The translations under genes and the position numbers were made by a program. A stretch of DNA of 64,000 nt, taken from positions 2,397 through 66,396 of the forward strand of contig JANOPN010000198.1 of assembly GCA_031421855.1 (NCBI GenBank), given 5' to 3'. This document shows, in pieces, positions 37,241 through 45,817 of this stretch. The stretch is from Comamonadaceae bacterium. GTDB taxonomy: Bacteria; Pseudomonadota; Gammaproteobacteria; Burkholderiales; Burkholderiaceae_C. Every line of letters starts with the position of its first letter. The first letter of the stretch is position 1. The notes below the pieces were generated by a model that was given only the letters and a program-made list of their open reading frames with translations, was not told the origin of the DNA and did not search any database.

Positions 37241-38874
37241 GGACTAACCTTCACCGATGCCGACACGGTTTGCGACTCGTGACCAAATCGGTCGATGGAC
37301 GACACCACAATGGCATCGGTGCCACCTGCGAGTTTGATCGGCGCACCAGCCGCATGGATACCAAGCTGCCAAGCGCCAGAAACGCGCTGCCAAACCGCTA
37401 GCTTCAGCGGCACGGCACCGGCTTGGTTTTTGGGATGCTCGCTTACAGCAACCAACAAATCGTCGCCGCTGACCCTGAGCAAAGTGGGTGCGGCCAAGCC
37501 TGTTTTAGGCGCGCGAAGCGAGGGCGGAACAAGGGCCGTTTGCGCATAAAGGGGCTTCAAAGCATCGGCAAGGCCGAGTCGATTTTTGTAGAGCGCAATC
37601 CAACTGAAATGCACGTGTCCGTTGAGTAGCGAGTTGGCAGCTGACCGCTCGCGGGTGATGTCGATCTGTCGGGTGATCTCAGGCGGTTGCCATGTCGCGG
37701 TTGATCCGTTGATTCGGCTACTGTACAGGCCCGAAAACACATGCAAACCTTTTGGGTTTTGAGCGGCCCAGTAGTCAAGCAACACCGGAAAAGACTGCGC
37801 CTTTTGATCAATTGCCCAATACAGCTGAGGAACCAAATAATCCATCCAGCCGCGCGCCATCCACAGCTCGACGTCGGCGTACAGCTCGTCGTATTGGCTA
37901 AACCCTTTGATGCCCTCGGGTCGCAGCGCGGGCTTGCCCAAACCAAATGGGCTCACCCCAACACGCAACCATGGCTTGATGGCGCGCACGCGGGTGTCCA
38001 TCTGTTCGACAAATCGGTTGACGTTGTCGCGTCGCCAACCGGCGCGGGTGAGCGTGCCGCCGGTTTGGGTGTACGCGCGCCAACTGGGCTCATCGGGGAA
38101 GTCAAGCTTTACACTCACGGTGACAGACCCACGCGCGGTCGACGGCTGCGCGCTTGTCACAGGGTACGGGTAAAAGTAGTCATCGATGTGAATACCGTCA
38201 ATGTCGTATCGCCGCGCAACGTCGTCGATGACGGCAAGCGAGTGCGCCGACGCTTTGGACTCGCCGGGGTCAAGCCAACCAAAACCGCCATATGTTTTCA
38301 CCAGATCGGGTTGCGTGCGGCTGATGTGGTTCGCGCTCGCGGCAGACTTGGCAGCCACGTGGCGAGCACGGTAGGGGTTGAACCACGCATGCAACTCGAT
38401 GCCAGAGCGATGCGCCTCGTCAATCCATGTCTGCAGCGGATCGAACGCTGCTGTGTTCGTCGGGTCTAGCCATTTGGGCGGCTCACCTTGTTTGCCACTG
38501 AGCACGTCGGCCCACGGCTCCAGCTCGCTGGGGTAGATGGCATCAGCATTGGAGCGTACCTGCAACAGCAAGGCATTGATGCCCAAGGCCTTGGCAGCCT
38601 TCACGCTGTCAACGATCTCGCTGCGCATGGCATCGGCGCTCAATCCAGGCTTACTCGGCCAATCGATGTTGGCAACCGTCGCCACCCATGCTGCCCGAAA
38701 CTCTCTGGGCAGCGCGGGTGCTTGATGGGGCTCTAACACGAAGCCTGGCGACGCTTGGGTTGGGTCAGGCATCGAAGCACTTGAGCCCGGATCGGTTGCA
38801 CAAGCGCTCAGGATCGCCGCAAGGGAAATCCACTTGGGCCATCGCTTCGCGCATCGAGTTAAAGAGATGTTCAT
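37237..38874 (-). CDS. Glycosyl-hydrolase-like 10 (GHL10, YddW/DigH-like) lipoprotein
   Basis: Lipobox LAAILSAC. FRAAWVATVANIDWPSKPGLS...LGINALLLQVRSNADAIYPSELEPW is typical of GHL10. ATG 38874 lies 2 nt after the upstream stop. Confidence 0.8.
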   Translation of the reverse strand: MNISLTRCAKRWPKWISLAAILSACATDPGSSASMPDPTQASPGFVLEPHQAPALPREFRAAWVATVANIDWPSKPGLSADAMRSEIVDSVKAAKALGINALLLQVRSNADAIYPSELEPWADVLSGKQGEPPKWLDPTNTAAFDPLQTWIDEAHRSGIELHAWFNPYRARHVAAKSAASANHISRTQPDLVKTYGGFGWLDPGESKASAHSLAVIDDVARRYDIDGIHIDDYFYPYPVTSAQPSTARGSVTVSVKLDFPDEPSWRAYTQTGGTLTRAGWRRDNVNRFVEQMDTRVRAIKPWLRVGVSPFGLGKPALRPEGIKGFSQYDELYADVELWMARGWMDYLVPQLYWAIDQKAQSFPVLLDYWAAQNPKGLHVFSGLYSSRINGSTATWQPPEITRQIDITRERSAANSLLNGHVHFSWIALYKNRLGLADALKPLYAQTALVPPSLRAPKTGLAAPTLLRVSGDDLLVAVSEHPKNQAGAVPLKLAVWQRVSGAWQLGIHAAGAPIKLAGGTDAIVVSSIDRFGHESQTVSASVKVSP

Positions 38875-38876
38875 GC

Positions 38877-40046
38877 TCAAACCTTCACAAACCAGCGTTT
38901 TTTCCACATCGCCCAAGCTATAAAGAAAAAGCACAGGTTAAATAAACAAGCGAATAGCAGGGACGTGTCGACTGGCGACAACCCGAGAGACTTCATCGGC
39001 ACAAACAAGGCCATCTTCAACGTCACGACGGCACCCCCGCCGCCATCCACTTTGATGAAGTTCAGCATCTTGGCGACCAAACTGGCCAATGCGAACAAAA
39101 ACAGCGCGTTCATGCCGTAAATGGTCATCGGCTTGAGCCACTTCTGTGATGCCGTGCGAACCGATGCGCGCTGACAAGCATCCATGAGCCAATAAAACGC
39201 GCCAAACACCAACCAAGCCCACCCTGTCATGAACACGGCATACGACGGCGTCCACAGGCTTTTGTTGATGGGCATCAACACACTGCCCAGCACAGCGCCC
39301 AACCAAAGCGCGGCCAACCCAGCCAACAACAGCCAGACGGTTTTCTCGGCCGCGTCAACTTTGGCCAGCAACCAATGCCCGGTCAGTGCGCCAAAAAGCA
39401 AACTACCAATGGCGGGTAGCGTGCTCCAAAGCCCCTCGGGATCCCAAGTTTTGACCTTGGCCCACAAATGCCCGCTCATGAGCATTCGGTCCAGGTGAGC
39501 GCCAAAATCACGGCCCGGTTCAAGTACCCCGGCCGCGACCACACCCGTGACATCAGGCACCGCAACCCAAAGCATCGCCGCGCTGTAAATCGCAAACAAA
39601 GCCACGATTGCACCAAGTTGTGCGCGCCATTGGCACAAAACAACCAAAGGCGCAGCCAAGGCCGTGCAAATCGCAATGCGCTGCAACACACCGAGAATGC
39701 GCACGGTGCTGAAATCAAACGCCGGAATCAAACTGAGGACAAACCCAATCGCAAAAATCGTTGCGGCGCGTCGCCACAGGGTCAGCAACAACGCCTGATT
39801 TGTGGCGCTTGACCGCTGCACATCGCCATGCTTGGCGTGCATGGCCAAAACCATGGACACACCGGAGATGAACAGAAAAAACGGAAAAATCCAGTCGGTG
39901 AACGTCCATCCATGCCACTCGGCATGCGCCAATTGCGGATACAACGCACCCCAGTCGCCGGGGTTGTTAACCAGCAACATCGACGCAATCGTGAACCCGC
40001 GAAACGCGTCCAGCGACACCAAGCGCTTGTTGTCCGACGTGCTCAC
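38877..40046 (-). CDS. Polytopic membrane acyltransferase, DUF5009 / HGSNAT-like (heparan-alpha-glucosaminide N-acetyltransferase-like)
   Basis: RLVSLDAFRGFTIASMLLVNNPGDWG..YPQLAHAEWHGWTFTDWIFPFFLFISG N-terminal signature and about 10 TM segments. GTG 40046 forms a GTGA overlap with the ampG stop. Confidence 0.72.
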   Translation of the reverse strand: MSTSDNKRLVSLDAFRGFTIASMLLVNNPGDWGALYPQLAHAEWHGWTFTDWIFPFFLFISGVSMVLAMHAKHGDVQRSSATNQALLLTLWRRAATIFAIGFVLSLIPAFDFSTVRILGVLQRIAICTALAAPLVVLCQWRAQLGAIVALFAIYSAAMLWVAVPDVTGVVAAGVLEPGRDFGAHLDRMLMSGHLWAKVKTWDPEGLWSTLPAIGSLLFGALTGHWLLAKVDAAEKTVWLLLAGLAALWLGAVLGSVLMPINKSLWTPSYAVFMTGWAWLVFGAFYWLMDACQRASVRTASQKWLKPMTIYGMNALFLFALASLVAKMLNFIKVDGGGGAVVTLKMALFVPMKSLGLSPVDTSLLFACLFNLCFFFIAWAMWKKRWFVKV

Positions 40047-41329
40047 TTGCCCTCCTGCGCGCGCTGGCCAAAGGCAGGGTCGATCTTCAAAAACACGGTC
40101 ACCAGCACCGACGGCAAGGTCGCGATACAAACCCAGATGAAGAAGTTCGGATATCCAATGGCTTGCTGAATGTAGCCACTTACCATGCCCGGCAACATCA
40201 TGCCCATCGCCATGAAGCCTGTACACAGCGCGTAGTGCGCCGTTTTATGCGGCCCGTCAGCCACCATGATCATGAAGAGCAAATACGCCGCAAAGCCAAA
40301 GCCGTAGCCAAACTGTTCGACCATCAAGGCAGCCGATATGGCGACCATGCTGGTCGGTTGCGTGTAGGCGAGCACCACAAACAAAATGTTGGGCAAGTGC
40401 ACCGCCAACAACATCGGCCAAATCCAGCGCTTTAAACCATGCTTTGAGATCGCCAAACCACCCAAAATGCCGCCGACCGTGAGCGAAGCCACACCCAGGG
40501 TGCCGTACACCAAGCCCACTTGCTGGGTACTCAAGTTCAAGCCGCCCTTATCCATTGGGTCAAGCAAAAAAGGGGCAACCAGTTTGAGCGCCTGCGCTTC
40601 ACCCAAGCGAAACGTCAACAAGAACGCCAACACAATGAAGATATCTTTGCGCTTGAAAAACGACTTAAACGTCAACACAAACTCAGTCCAAACCGCTGTG
40701 CCCCGAGTTCGAACCGCTTGGTCGGTGCTGGGTCGCGGCAACACAAAGCGGTGATAAACGCTGAGCAGCACAAACAAGAGCGCCAGTACCCAGAAAACGA
40801 TTGACCAGGCCGTCCGCACGTCGCCTGTCCAGTCGCGCAAGCTGCCGGCGAGCCACACCAAAGCCCCTTGCCCAGCGATGTTGGCCAGTCGATAAAACGT
40901 GCTGCGCACCCCGACAAAAGCCGCTTGTTGATGCTGCTCCAGACTCAGCATGTAAAAGCCGTCGGCTGCGATGTCATGGGTCGCAGACGCAAACGCCATC
41001 AGCCACAAAACGGCCAGCGACATTTGCACAAAATTCGATGTCGGCAAAGTCAAAGCAACTAAAGCCATGGCCGCTGCAACGACCGCTTGCAAGGTCACAA
41101 TCCAAAATCGTTTGGTGCGAAACATGTCAACCAGCGGCGACCACAGCGGCTTGATGACCCACGGCAAATACAACCAGCTGGTGTAGGCGGCGATCTCGCC
41201 ATTGCTCAGCCCCAAGTTTTTGAACATGATGACCGACAGCGTCATCACAACCACATACGGAATGCCTTGCCCGAAATAGAGCGTCGGAATCCACGCCCAA
41301 GGGTTTCGTTTTGCAATCGATTGACTCAT
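40043..41329 (-). CDS. ampG: AmpG-family muropeptide MFS permease
   Basis: PWAWIPTLYFGQGIPYVVV...YLPWVIKPLWSPLVD pattern of AmpG/PAT-family transporters; 12-14 TM. ATGA overlap with the murQ stop. Confidence 0.82.
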   Translation of the reverse strand: MSQSIAKRNPWAWIPTLYFGQGIPYVVVMTLSVIMFKNLGLSNGEIAAYTSWLYLPWVIKPLWSPLVDMFRTKRFWIVTLQAVVAAAMALVALTLPTSNFVQMSLAVLWLMAFASATHDIAADGFYMLSLEQHQQAAFVGVRSTFYRLANIAGQGALVWLAGSLRDWTGDVRTAWSIVFWVLALLFVLLSVYHRFVLPRPSTDQAVRTRGTAVWTEFVLTFKSFFKRKDIFIVLAFLLTFRLGEAQALKLVAPFLLDPMDKGGLNLSTQQVGLVYGTLGVASLTVGGILGGLAISKHGLKRWIWPMLLAVHLPNILFVVLAYTQPTSMVAISAALMVEQFGYGFGFAAYLLFMIMVADGPHKTAHYALCTGFMAMGMMLPGMVSGYIQQAIGYPNFFIWVCIATLPSVLVTVFLKIDPAFGQRAQEGK

Positions 41330-42237
41330 GGGGCTTTTCCTTCAAGTGCTTTGCGCACATTGCCGTCCACGCCGTCAAGCAAGGATTTGGCTTGTTCGGC
41401 GCTCAGGGATTTCAAAATAGCAACGATGGCGACCTTGACCGACCCCGCGCAGGCTAGCAAGGTTGAGGCCGCAACGGACTCTTCGGCGTCGGTTGCCAAC
41501 ATCGTCAACCGAATGCTGCGGCGCACCAGCTTGGCATTGGTCGCCTTGAGGTCAACCATCAGGTTGCCGTGAACTTTGTTCAGGCGCACCATGATGCCGC
41601 TTGAAATCGCGTTAAGCGTGATTTTTTGCGAGGTTCCGGCTTTGAGGCGTGTGCTGCCCGAGATGACCTCGGGGCCCGTGTCGAGCACGATGCCAATGTC
41701 AGCCTGACGGGCCACCGGCGCGTCGGCGTTGTTGGCAATGCCGATGCTCAACGCGCCAGCTGATTTGGCTTTTGCCAATGCACCCAGCGCATACGGGGTC
41801 GTGCCAGAAGCTGCCAAGGCAATCACAACGTCGACGGTTTGCACATCGACCGCTTGCAAGTCAATTGCGCCTTGCTCAAAGTTGTCCTCGGCACCTTCAA
41901 CGGCTTGGTAGATGGCTTGTTTGCCACCGGCCAGTAGGGCAATCGCGCGCTCGCGCGGCCACGAGAAAGTTGGATAGAGCTCAACGCTGTCCAGCAAACC
42001 CAGCCGACCCGACGTGCCTGCGCCGACGTAAATCAGTCTCCCACCTTCGCGCAGCCTGGCGGTTGCTGCGTTTACCGCACGGGCAATTTCCTTTGATGCC
42101 GCGCGCACGGCTTCAACGGCTTCGCGCTGATCGTCAATCAAGGCACCGACTAAGTCTTCGGTGGTGTAGCTGTCCAATTGGCTATGCTGAGGGTGCGCTT
42201 GCTCGGTTTGGAGGATGAGGGGAGCAGGGGTCGTCAT
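41326..42237 (-). CDS. murQ: N-acetylmuramic acid 6-phosphate etherase
   Basis: SIS domain with GRLIYVGAGTSGRLG and ALAASGTTPYALGALAKAKSAGALSIGIANN. ATG 42237 is the first start after the upstream stop at 42257. Confidence 0.88.
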   Translation of the reverse strand: MTTPAPLILQTEQAHPQHSQLDSYTTEDLVGALIDDQREAVEAVRAASKEIARAVNAATARLREGGRLIYVGAGTSGRLGLLDSVELYPTFSWPRERAIALLAGGKQAIYQAVEGAEDNFEQGAIDLQAVDVQTVDVVIALAASGTTPYALGALAKAKSAGALSIGIANNADAPVARQADIGIVLDTGPEVISGSTRLKAGTSQKITLNAISSGIMVRLNKVHGNLMVDLKATNAKLVRRSIRLTMLATDAEESVAASTLLACAGSVKVAIVAILKSLSAEQAKSLLDGVDGNVRKALEGKAP

Positions 42238-42256
42238 GTGTGGGTTTTGGTTCACC

Positions 42257-43291
42257 TCAATGGGTGCGAGTGACTTTTGACAAATGCGCCGGCTCATCGG
42301 GGTTCAGACCTCGCAAACGCGCCAACGCCTCGACCATGACATAAAACGACTGCATCGCGCAAATGCCATCAAGCAATGGGTGTCGGCTCTCAACAATCGT
42401 TAAGTCAGATGCAACGCCAGAGACGTTGCCTGACGCAGCAACCAACACCGCAGCACCACGCTCGCGCAAGGCCTTCGACACCGCGAGGGCATCCGCTTGT
42501 CCAGGGCCGCGCGGCGCGATGACCAACACGGCGAAACCGGGCTGCACCAAAGCCATTGGGCCGTGAACGACCTCGGCACTTGAGAAGGCCTCGGCATGAA
42601 TGCCGCAGGTTTCCTTGAACTTGAGCGCCACCTCCATGGCAAGCGGCCAAGCGGACCCACGTCCCAAAACATAGAGCTGATGCACGCGCGCAAGCCTATC
42701 CAAAGCCTTCGACCAATTTTCGGTCAAGGCACGATTCATGGTCTGAGGTAAGGCCGACAACGCGTCGGCCAAATGGTCGTCTTGTTGCCACAAAGCCTGC
42801 AAATGCAGGCCGGCCACCAGTTGCGCCAAATAGCTCTTGGTGGCCGCCACACTCGTCTCAGGACCGGCGTGCAGGTCAAGTGCCCATCGCGCACCCGTCG
42901 CCAAAGGCGATTTCAGGTCGTTGACCCAAGCCACAGTTGGTGACCCGGCGTTTGCGAAATGCGCCATCGCCGCAACCAAGTCTGGGCTTTGCCCCGATTG
43001 CGAGAACGCAAAGGCCCAGGTGTTTGGGCCGCCGCTGGGCGCTTGGAACAAGTTCACCAAGGAGCTTGGAATCGAGGTGATCACACGTTTGCTTGCCGCC
43101 ATCGCGTTGTAGGCAAAAAAACTGGCCGCATGATCCGAGCTGCCGCGTGCCAAGGTGAGCATGGCTTCGCAAGCGTTGGCTCGCAGCTCGCCCGCAAGTT
43201 CGCTAACCGCAGCCGCGTTCGCAGCGAGTTGATGGGCAACGCGTGTTGGAGCCTCGCTCGCCTCCTTGAACATTTGCGTCGGGCTATTCAT
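42257..43291 (-). CDS. SIS-domain sugar isomerase/deaminase (NagB-II-type glucosamine-6-phosphate deaminase, GlmS C-terminal-like)
   Basis: Two SIS-like halves: LARGSSDHAASFFAYN... and LYVLGRGSAWPLAMEVALKFKET. Sits between nagA and murQ. Confidence 0.75.
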   Translation of the reverse strand: MNSPTQMFKEASEAPTRVAHQLAANAAAVSELAGELRANACEAMLTLARGSSDHAASFFAYNAMAASKRVITSIPSSLVNLFQAPSGGPNTWAFAFSQSGQSPDLVAAMAHFANAGSPTVAWVNDLKSPLATGARWALDLHAGPETSVAATKSYLAQLVAGLHLQALWQQDDHLADALSALPQTMNRALTENWSKALDRLARVHQLYVLGRGSAWPLAMEVALKFKETCGIHAEAFSSAEVVHGPMALVQPGFAVLVIAPRGPGQADALAVSKALRERGAAVLVAASGNVSGVASDLTIVESRHPLLDGICAMQSFYVMVEALARLRGLNPDEPAHLSKVTRTH

Positions 43292-43300
43292 CGATCTGTT

Positions 43301-44437
43301 TCACTCAATTCCTTGGACATCAAGCCCAGCAGCGAGCACCCGTTGTAGCTGCAAATTCGCATCGAACACCACCACATCGGCCCAGGCGCCAACCGCGAGC
43401 ACACCTCGGTCGGTCAACCCCAAATAGTTGGCTGCACGGGTCGCCGTCAACGCGCTGGCCTGCGCATAACTCAAGCCCAGAACTTGCACCAAGTTGCGAA
43501 ACGCTTGGTCCATCGTCAACGCCGAGCCCGCCAAGGTCCCATCAGCGAGCCGCACCGCGCCCAGACATTTATGTACTGAATGCGATCCCAATTGATAGCT
43601 TCCGTCTGGCATGCCAGTGGCCGCTGTGGCATCGGTCACGCAAAACGCGCCGGGAATGCAGCGCAAGGCCACACGAATCGCCCCCGGGTGAACGTGAATC
43701 GTGTCCACAATGACCTCAGCGTGGATCGCATGGGCCAAGGCCGCCCCCACCACACCCGGCTCGCGGTGATGCAAGCCCGACATGGCATTGAACACATGGG
43801 TGATACCCAGCGCACCGCGCTTCAAAGCCGCCGCCGCTTGCTCGTAGCTGGCATTGCTGTGACCGATTTGCACCTTAAAGCCCTGAGCGTTCAGGCCATC
43901 GATCAAGGCATCATGTCCAGGCAGTTCGGGGGCCAGCGTGATCACTCGAATCGGCGCAATGGCGTGCAAGCGCGCAATCTCAGCCACGTCGCCGCCTCGC
44001 GCAAAGTCGGGCTGCGCGCCCAACTTGCTTGGGTTGATGAATGGCCCCTCAAGATGAACGCCGAGGATCGTCGCCGCACCGCTTGAACTTGCATCAATCG
44101 CCGCGCGAACGCCCTTAAACGCAGCGACCAGCTCGGGCTCAGGCGCAGTCAAAGTCGTGGCCAGCATGGCAGTCGTGCCAAATTGGGCATGAGCGCGGGC
44201 GATGCGCAAGGCCGCATCGCCACCGTCCATGAAATCGCACCCTTTGCCGCCGTGGACATGGGTGTCAACAAAACCTGGTACGGCGAACGCGGCGCGAGAC
44301 TCGACCACCTCGGCCTCGCTCACTGGCGCGCCCTCGATGCGGTCGATGCGACCGCCGCGCCAACTCACTGTGGCATCAAAAAAACCAGTGGGCATCAGGG
44401 CATAACCCCTGAAGTGGCCCTCGTTGCGACTCATCAT
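43301..44437 (-). CDS. nagA: N-acetylglucosamine-6-phosphate deacetylase
   Basis: PGFVDTHVHGGKGCDFMDG metal-binding motif, GVHLEGPFINP, THVFNAMS. Confidence 0.9.
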   Translation of the reverse strand: MMSRNEGHFRGYALMPTGFFDATVSWRGGRIDRIEGAPVSEAEVVESRAAFAVPGFVDTHVHGGKGCDFMDGGDAALRIARAHAQFGTTAMLATTLTAPEPELVAAFKGVRAAIDASSSGAATILGVHLEGPFINPSKLGAQPDFARGGDVAEIARLHAIAPIRVITLAPELPGHDALIDGLNAQGFKVQIGHSNASYEQAAAALKRGALGITHVFNAMSGLHHREPGVVGAALAHAIHAEVIVDTIHVHPGAIRVALRCIPGAFCVTDATAATGMPDGSYQLGSHSVHKCLGAVRLADGTLAGSALTMDQAFRNLVQVLGLSYAQASALTATRAANYLGLTDRGVLAVGAWADVVVFDANLQLQRVLAAGLDVQGIE

Positions 44438-44545
44438 CCGGTAATCCTAACAAACGCATCCAAAATACCTCACAGTACATTTGCTGAGTCAAAGTCGATA
44501 GCACAACGCATTAAGCACCATCAGCAGCGCTTATGTATCACCAGG

Positions 44546-45796
44546 ATGCCCCCACTCATGGCCCTTGCTTACCTCTGGATCAGTTTTTTCGTCGTCGGAT
44601 TTGTTGCCGCTCTGGCCCAGTGGTTGTTCATGGGTGACGTCGATATTTTCAAAAAAATCGTCGATGGCACGTTTGATTCAGCCAAAGCTGCAGTGATGGA
44701 CATCGCTTTGCCACTGGCGGGCGTGATGACGCTGTGGCTCGGCATCTTGAACGTGGGCGAAAAGGCGGGCGCTATTGACTATGTGGCGCGCGTCATCGGG
44801 CCGTTCTTTTCGCGGATCTTTCCAGAGGTGCCGAAAAACCACCCCGCTACCGGCTTGATGGTGATGAACTACTCAGCAAACTTCTTGGGTTTGGACAACG
44901 CGGCGACACCCATCGGCCTCAAAGCGATGGAAAGCTTGCAGTCGATCAACCCGCAAAAAGACACCGCCAGCAACGCGCAGCTGATGTTTTTGGTGCTTCA
45001 AACCGCGGGTCTCACGCTCATTCCCATCACCGTGATGGCTCAGCGAGCGGTACTCGGTGCCAAAGACCCATCCGACATCTTCATCCCCACCATGATTGCG
45101 ACCTTTGTCGGCACCGTTGTCGCGTTTTTCGCAGTCGCGCTCAAGCAGCGCATCAACGTATTTGACCGCGTCATCATGGGCTGGATTGGCGGTATCAGCG
45201 CCTTCATGCTCGCCATCGTTTGGTACTTCACCCAGGTGCTAAGCCGAGCCGAAATTCAAGTCGTGTCCAAAGTGGCCAGCAACTTGGTGCTGCTGAGCAT
45301 CATCGTGATCTTCTTGCTGCTCGCCGCCCGCAAAAAAGTCAACGCGTACGAGGCCTTCATTGAAGGCGCAAAAGGGGGTATCCAAACCTCGTTGGTCATC
45401 ATTCCGTACTTGGTGGGCATGCTGGTTGCGATTTCGGTGCTGCGCAATTCAGGCGTGTTGGGCTGGGTCGTCAACGCGTTTGCTTGGGGGTTCGCGCAAA
45501 TGGGTTTCAACACCGATTTCACCCCGGCCTTGCCCACGGCCATCATGAAATCCGTCAGCGGCAGCGGTGCCCGCGCCATGATGATCGAAGCCATGAAGAC
45601 CTACGGCGTTGACTCATTCGTGGGCCGCCTGGTGAGCATCATGCAAGGCTCGTCAGACACCACCTTCTACATCGTCGCCCTGTATTTCGGCTCAGTCGGT
45701 ATCGTCAAGACCCGTTACGCGATCACCTACGGCCTATTGGCCGATGTCGCAGGCGTGATTGCGGCGATTTGGGTGGCGTATTTGTTCTTTCATTGA
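44546..45796 (+). CDS. Nucleoside-recognition (Gate) domain membrane protein, fused SpmA/SpmB-like
   Basis: Two Gate-like halves and ~10 TM. N-terminal LPLAGVMTLWLGILNVGEKAG...NYSANFLGLDNAATPIGLKAM pattern. ATG 44546 or 44558. The 44183 start in the track would overlap nagA. Confidence 0.7.
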   Translation: MPPLMALAYLWISFFVVGFVAALAQWLFMGDVDIFKKIVDGTFDSAKAAVMDIALPLAGVMTLWLGILNVGEKAGAIDYVARVIGPFFSRIFPEVPKNHPATGLMVMNYSANFLGLDNAATPIGLKAMESLQSINPQKDTASNAQLMFLVLQTAGLTLIPITVMAQRAVLGAKDPSDIFIPTMIATFVGTVVAFFAVALKQRINVFDRVIMGWIGGISAFMLAIVWYFTQVLSRAEIQVVSKVASNLVLLSIIVIFLLLAARKKVNAYEAFIEGAKGGIQTSLVIIPYLVGMLVAISVLRNSGVLGWVVNAFAWGFAQMGFNTDFTPALPTAIMKSVSGSGARAMMIEAMKTYGVDSFVGRLVSIMQGSSDTTFYIVALYFGSVGIVKTRYAITYGLLADVAGVIAAIWVAYLFFH

Positions 45797-45817
45797 TGCG
45801 ATTTCAGGCGATTCGCG

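Noticed and set aside
40705-40715. GAGTTCGAACC, a tRNA T-arm-like string
   Set aside because: It lies inside the well-supported ampG CDS, and no acceptor or anticodon stems can be drawn around it. No tRNA is called anywhere in the window.
44498-44519. ATAGCACAACGCATTAAGCACC in the nagA / Gate-protein gap as a degenerate 16th family-A copy
   Set aside because: Only the first 6-7 nt and scattered positions match. The diagnostic CAATGAATCCGGTGACCAAG core is absent.
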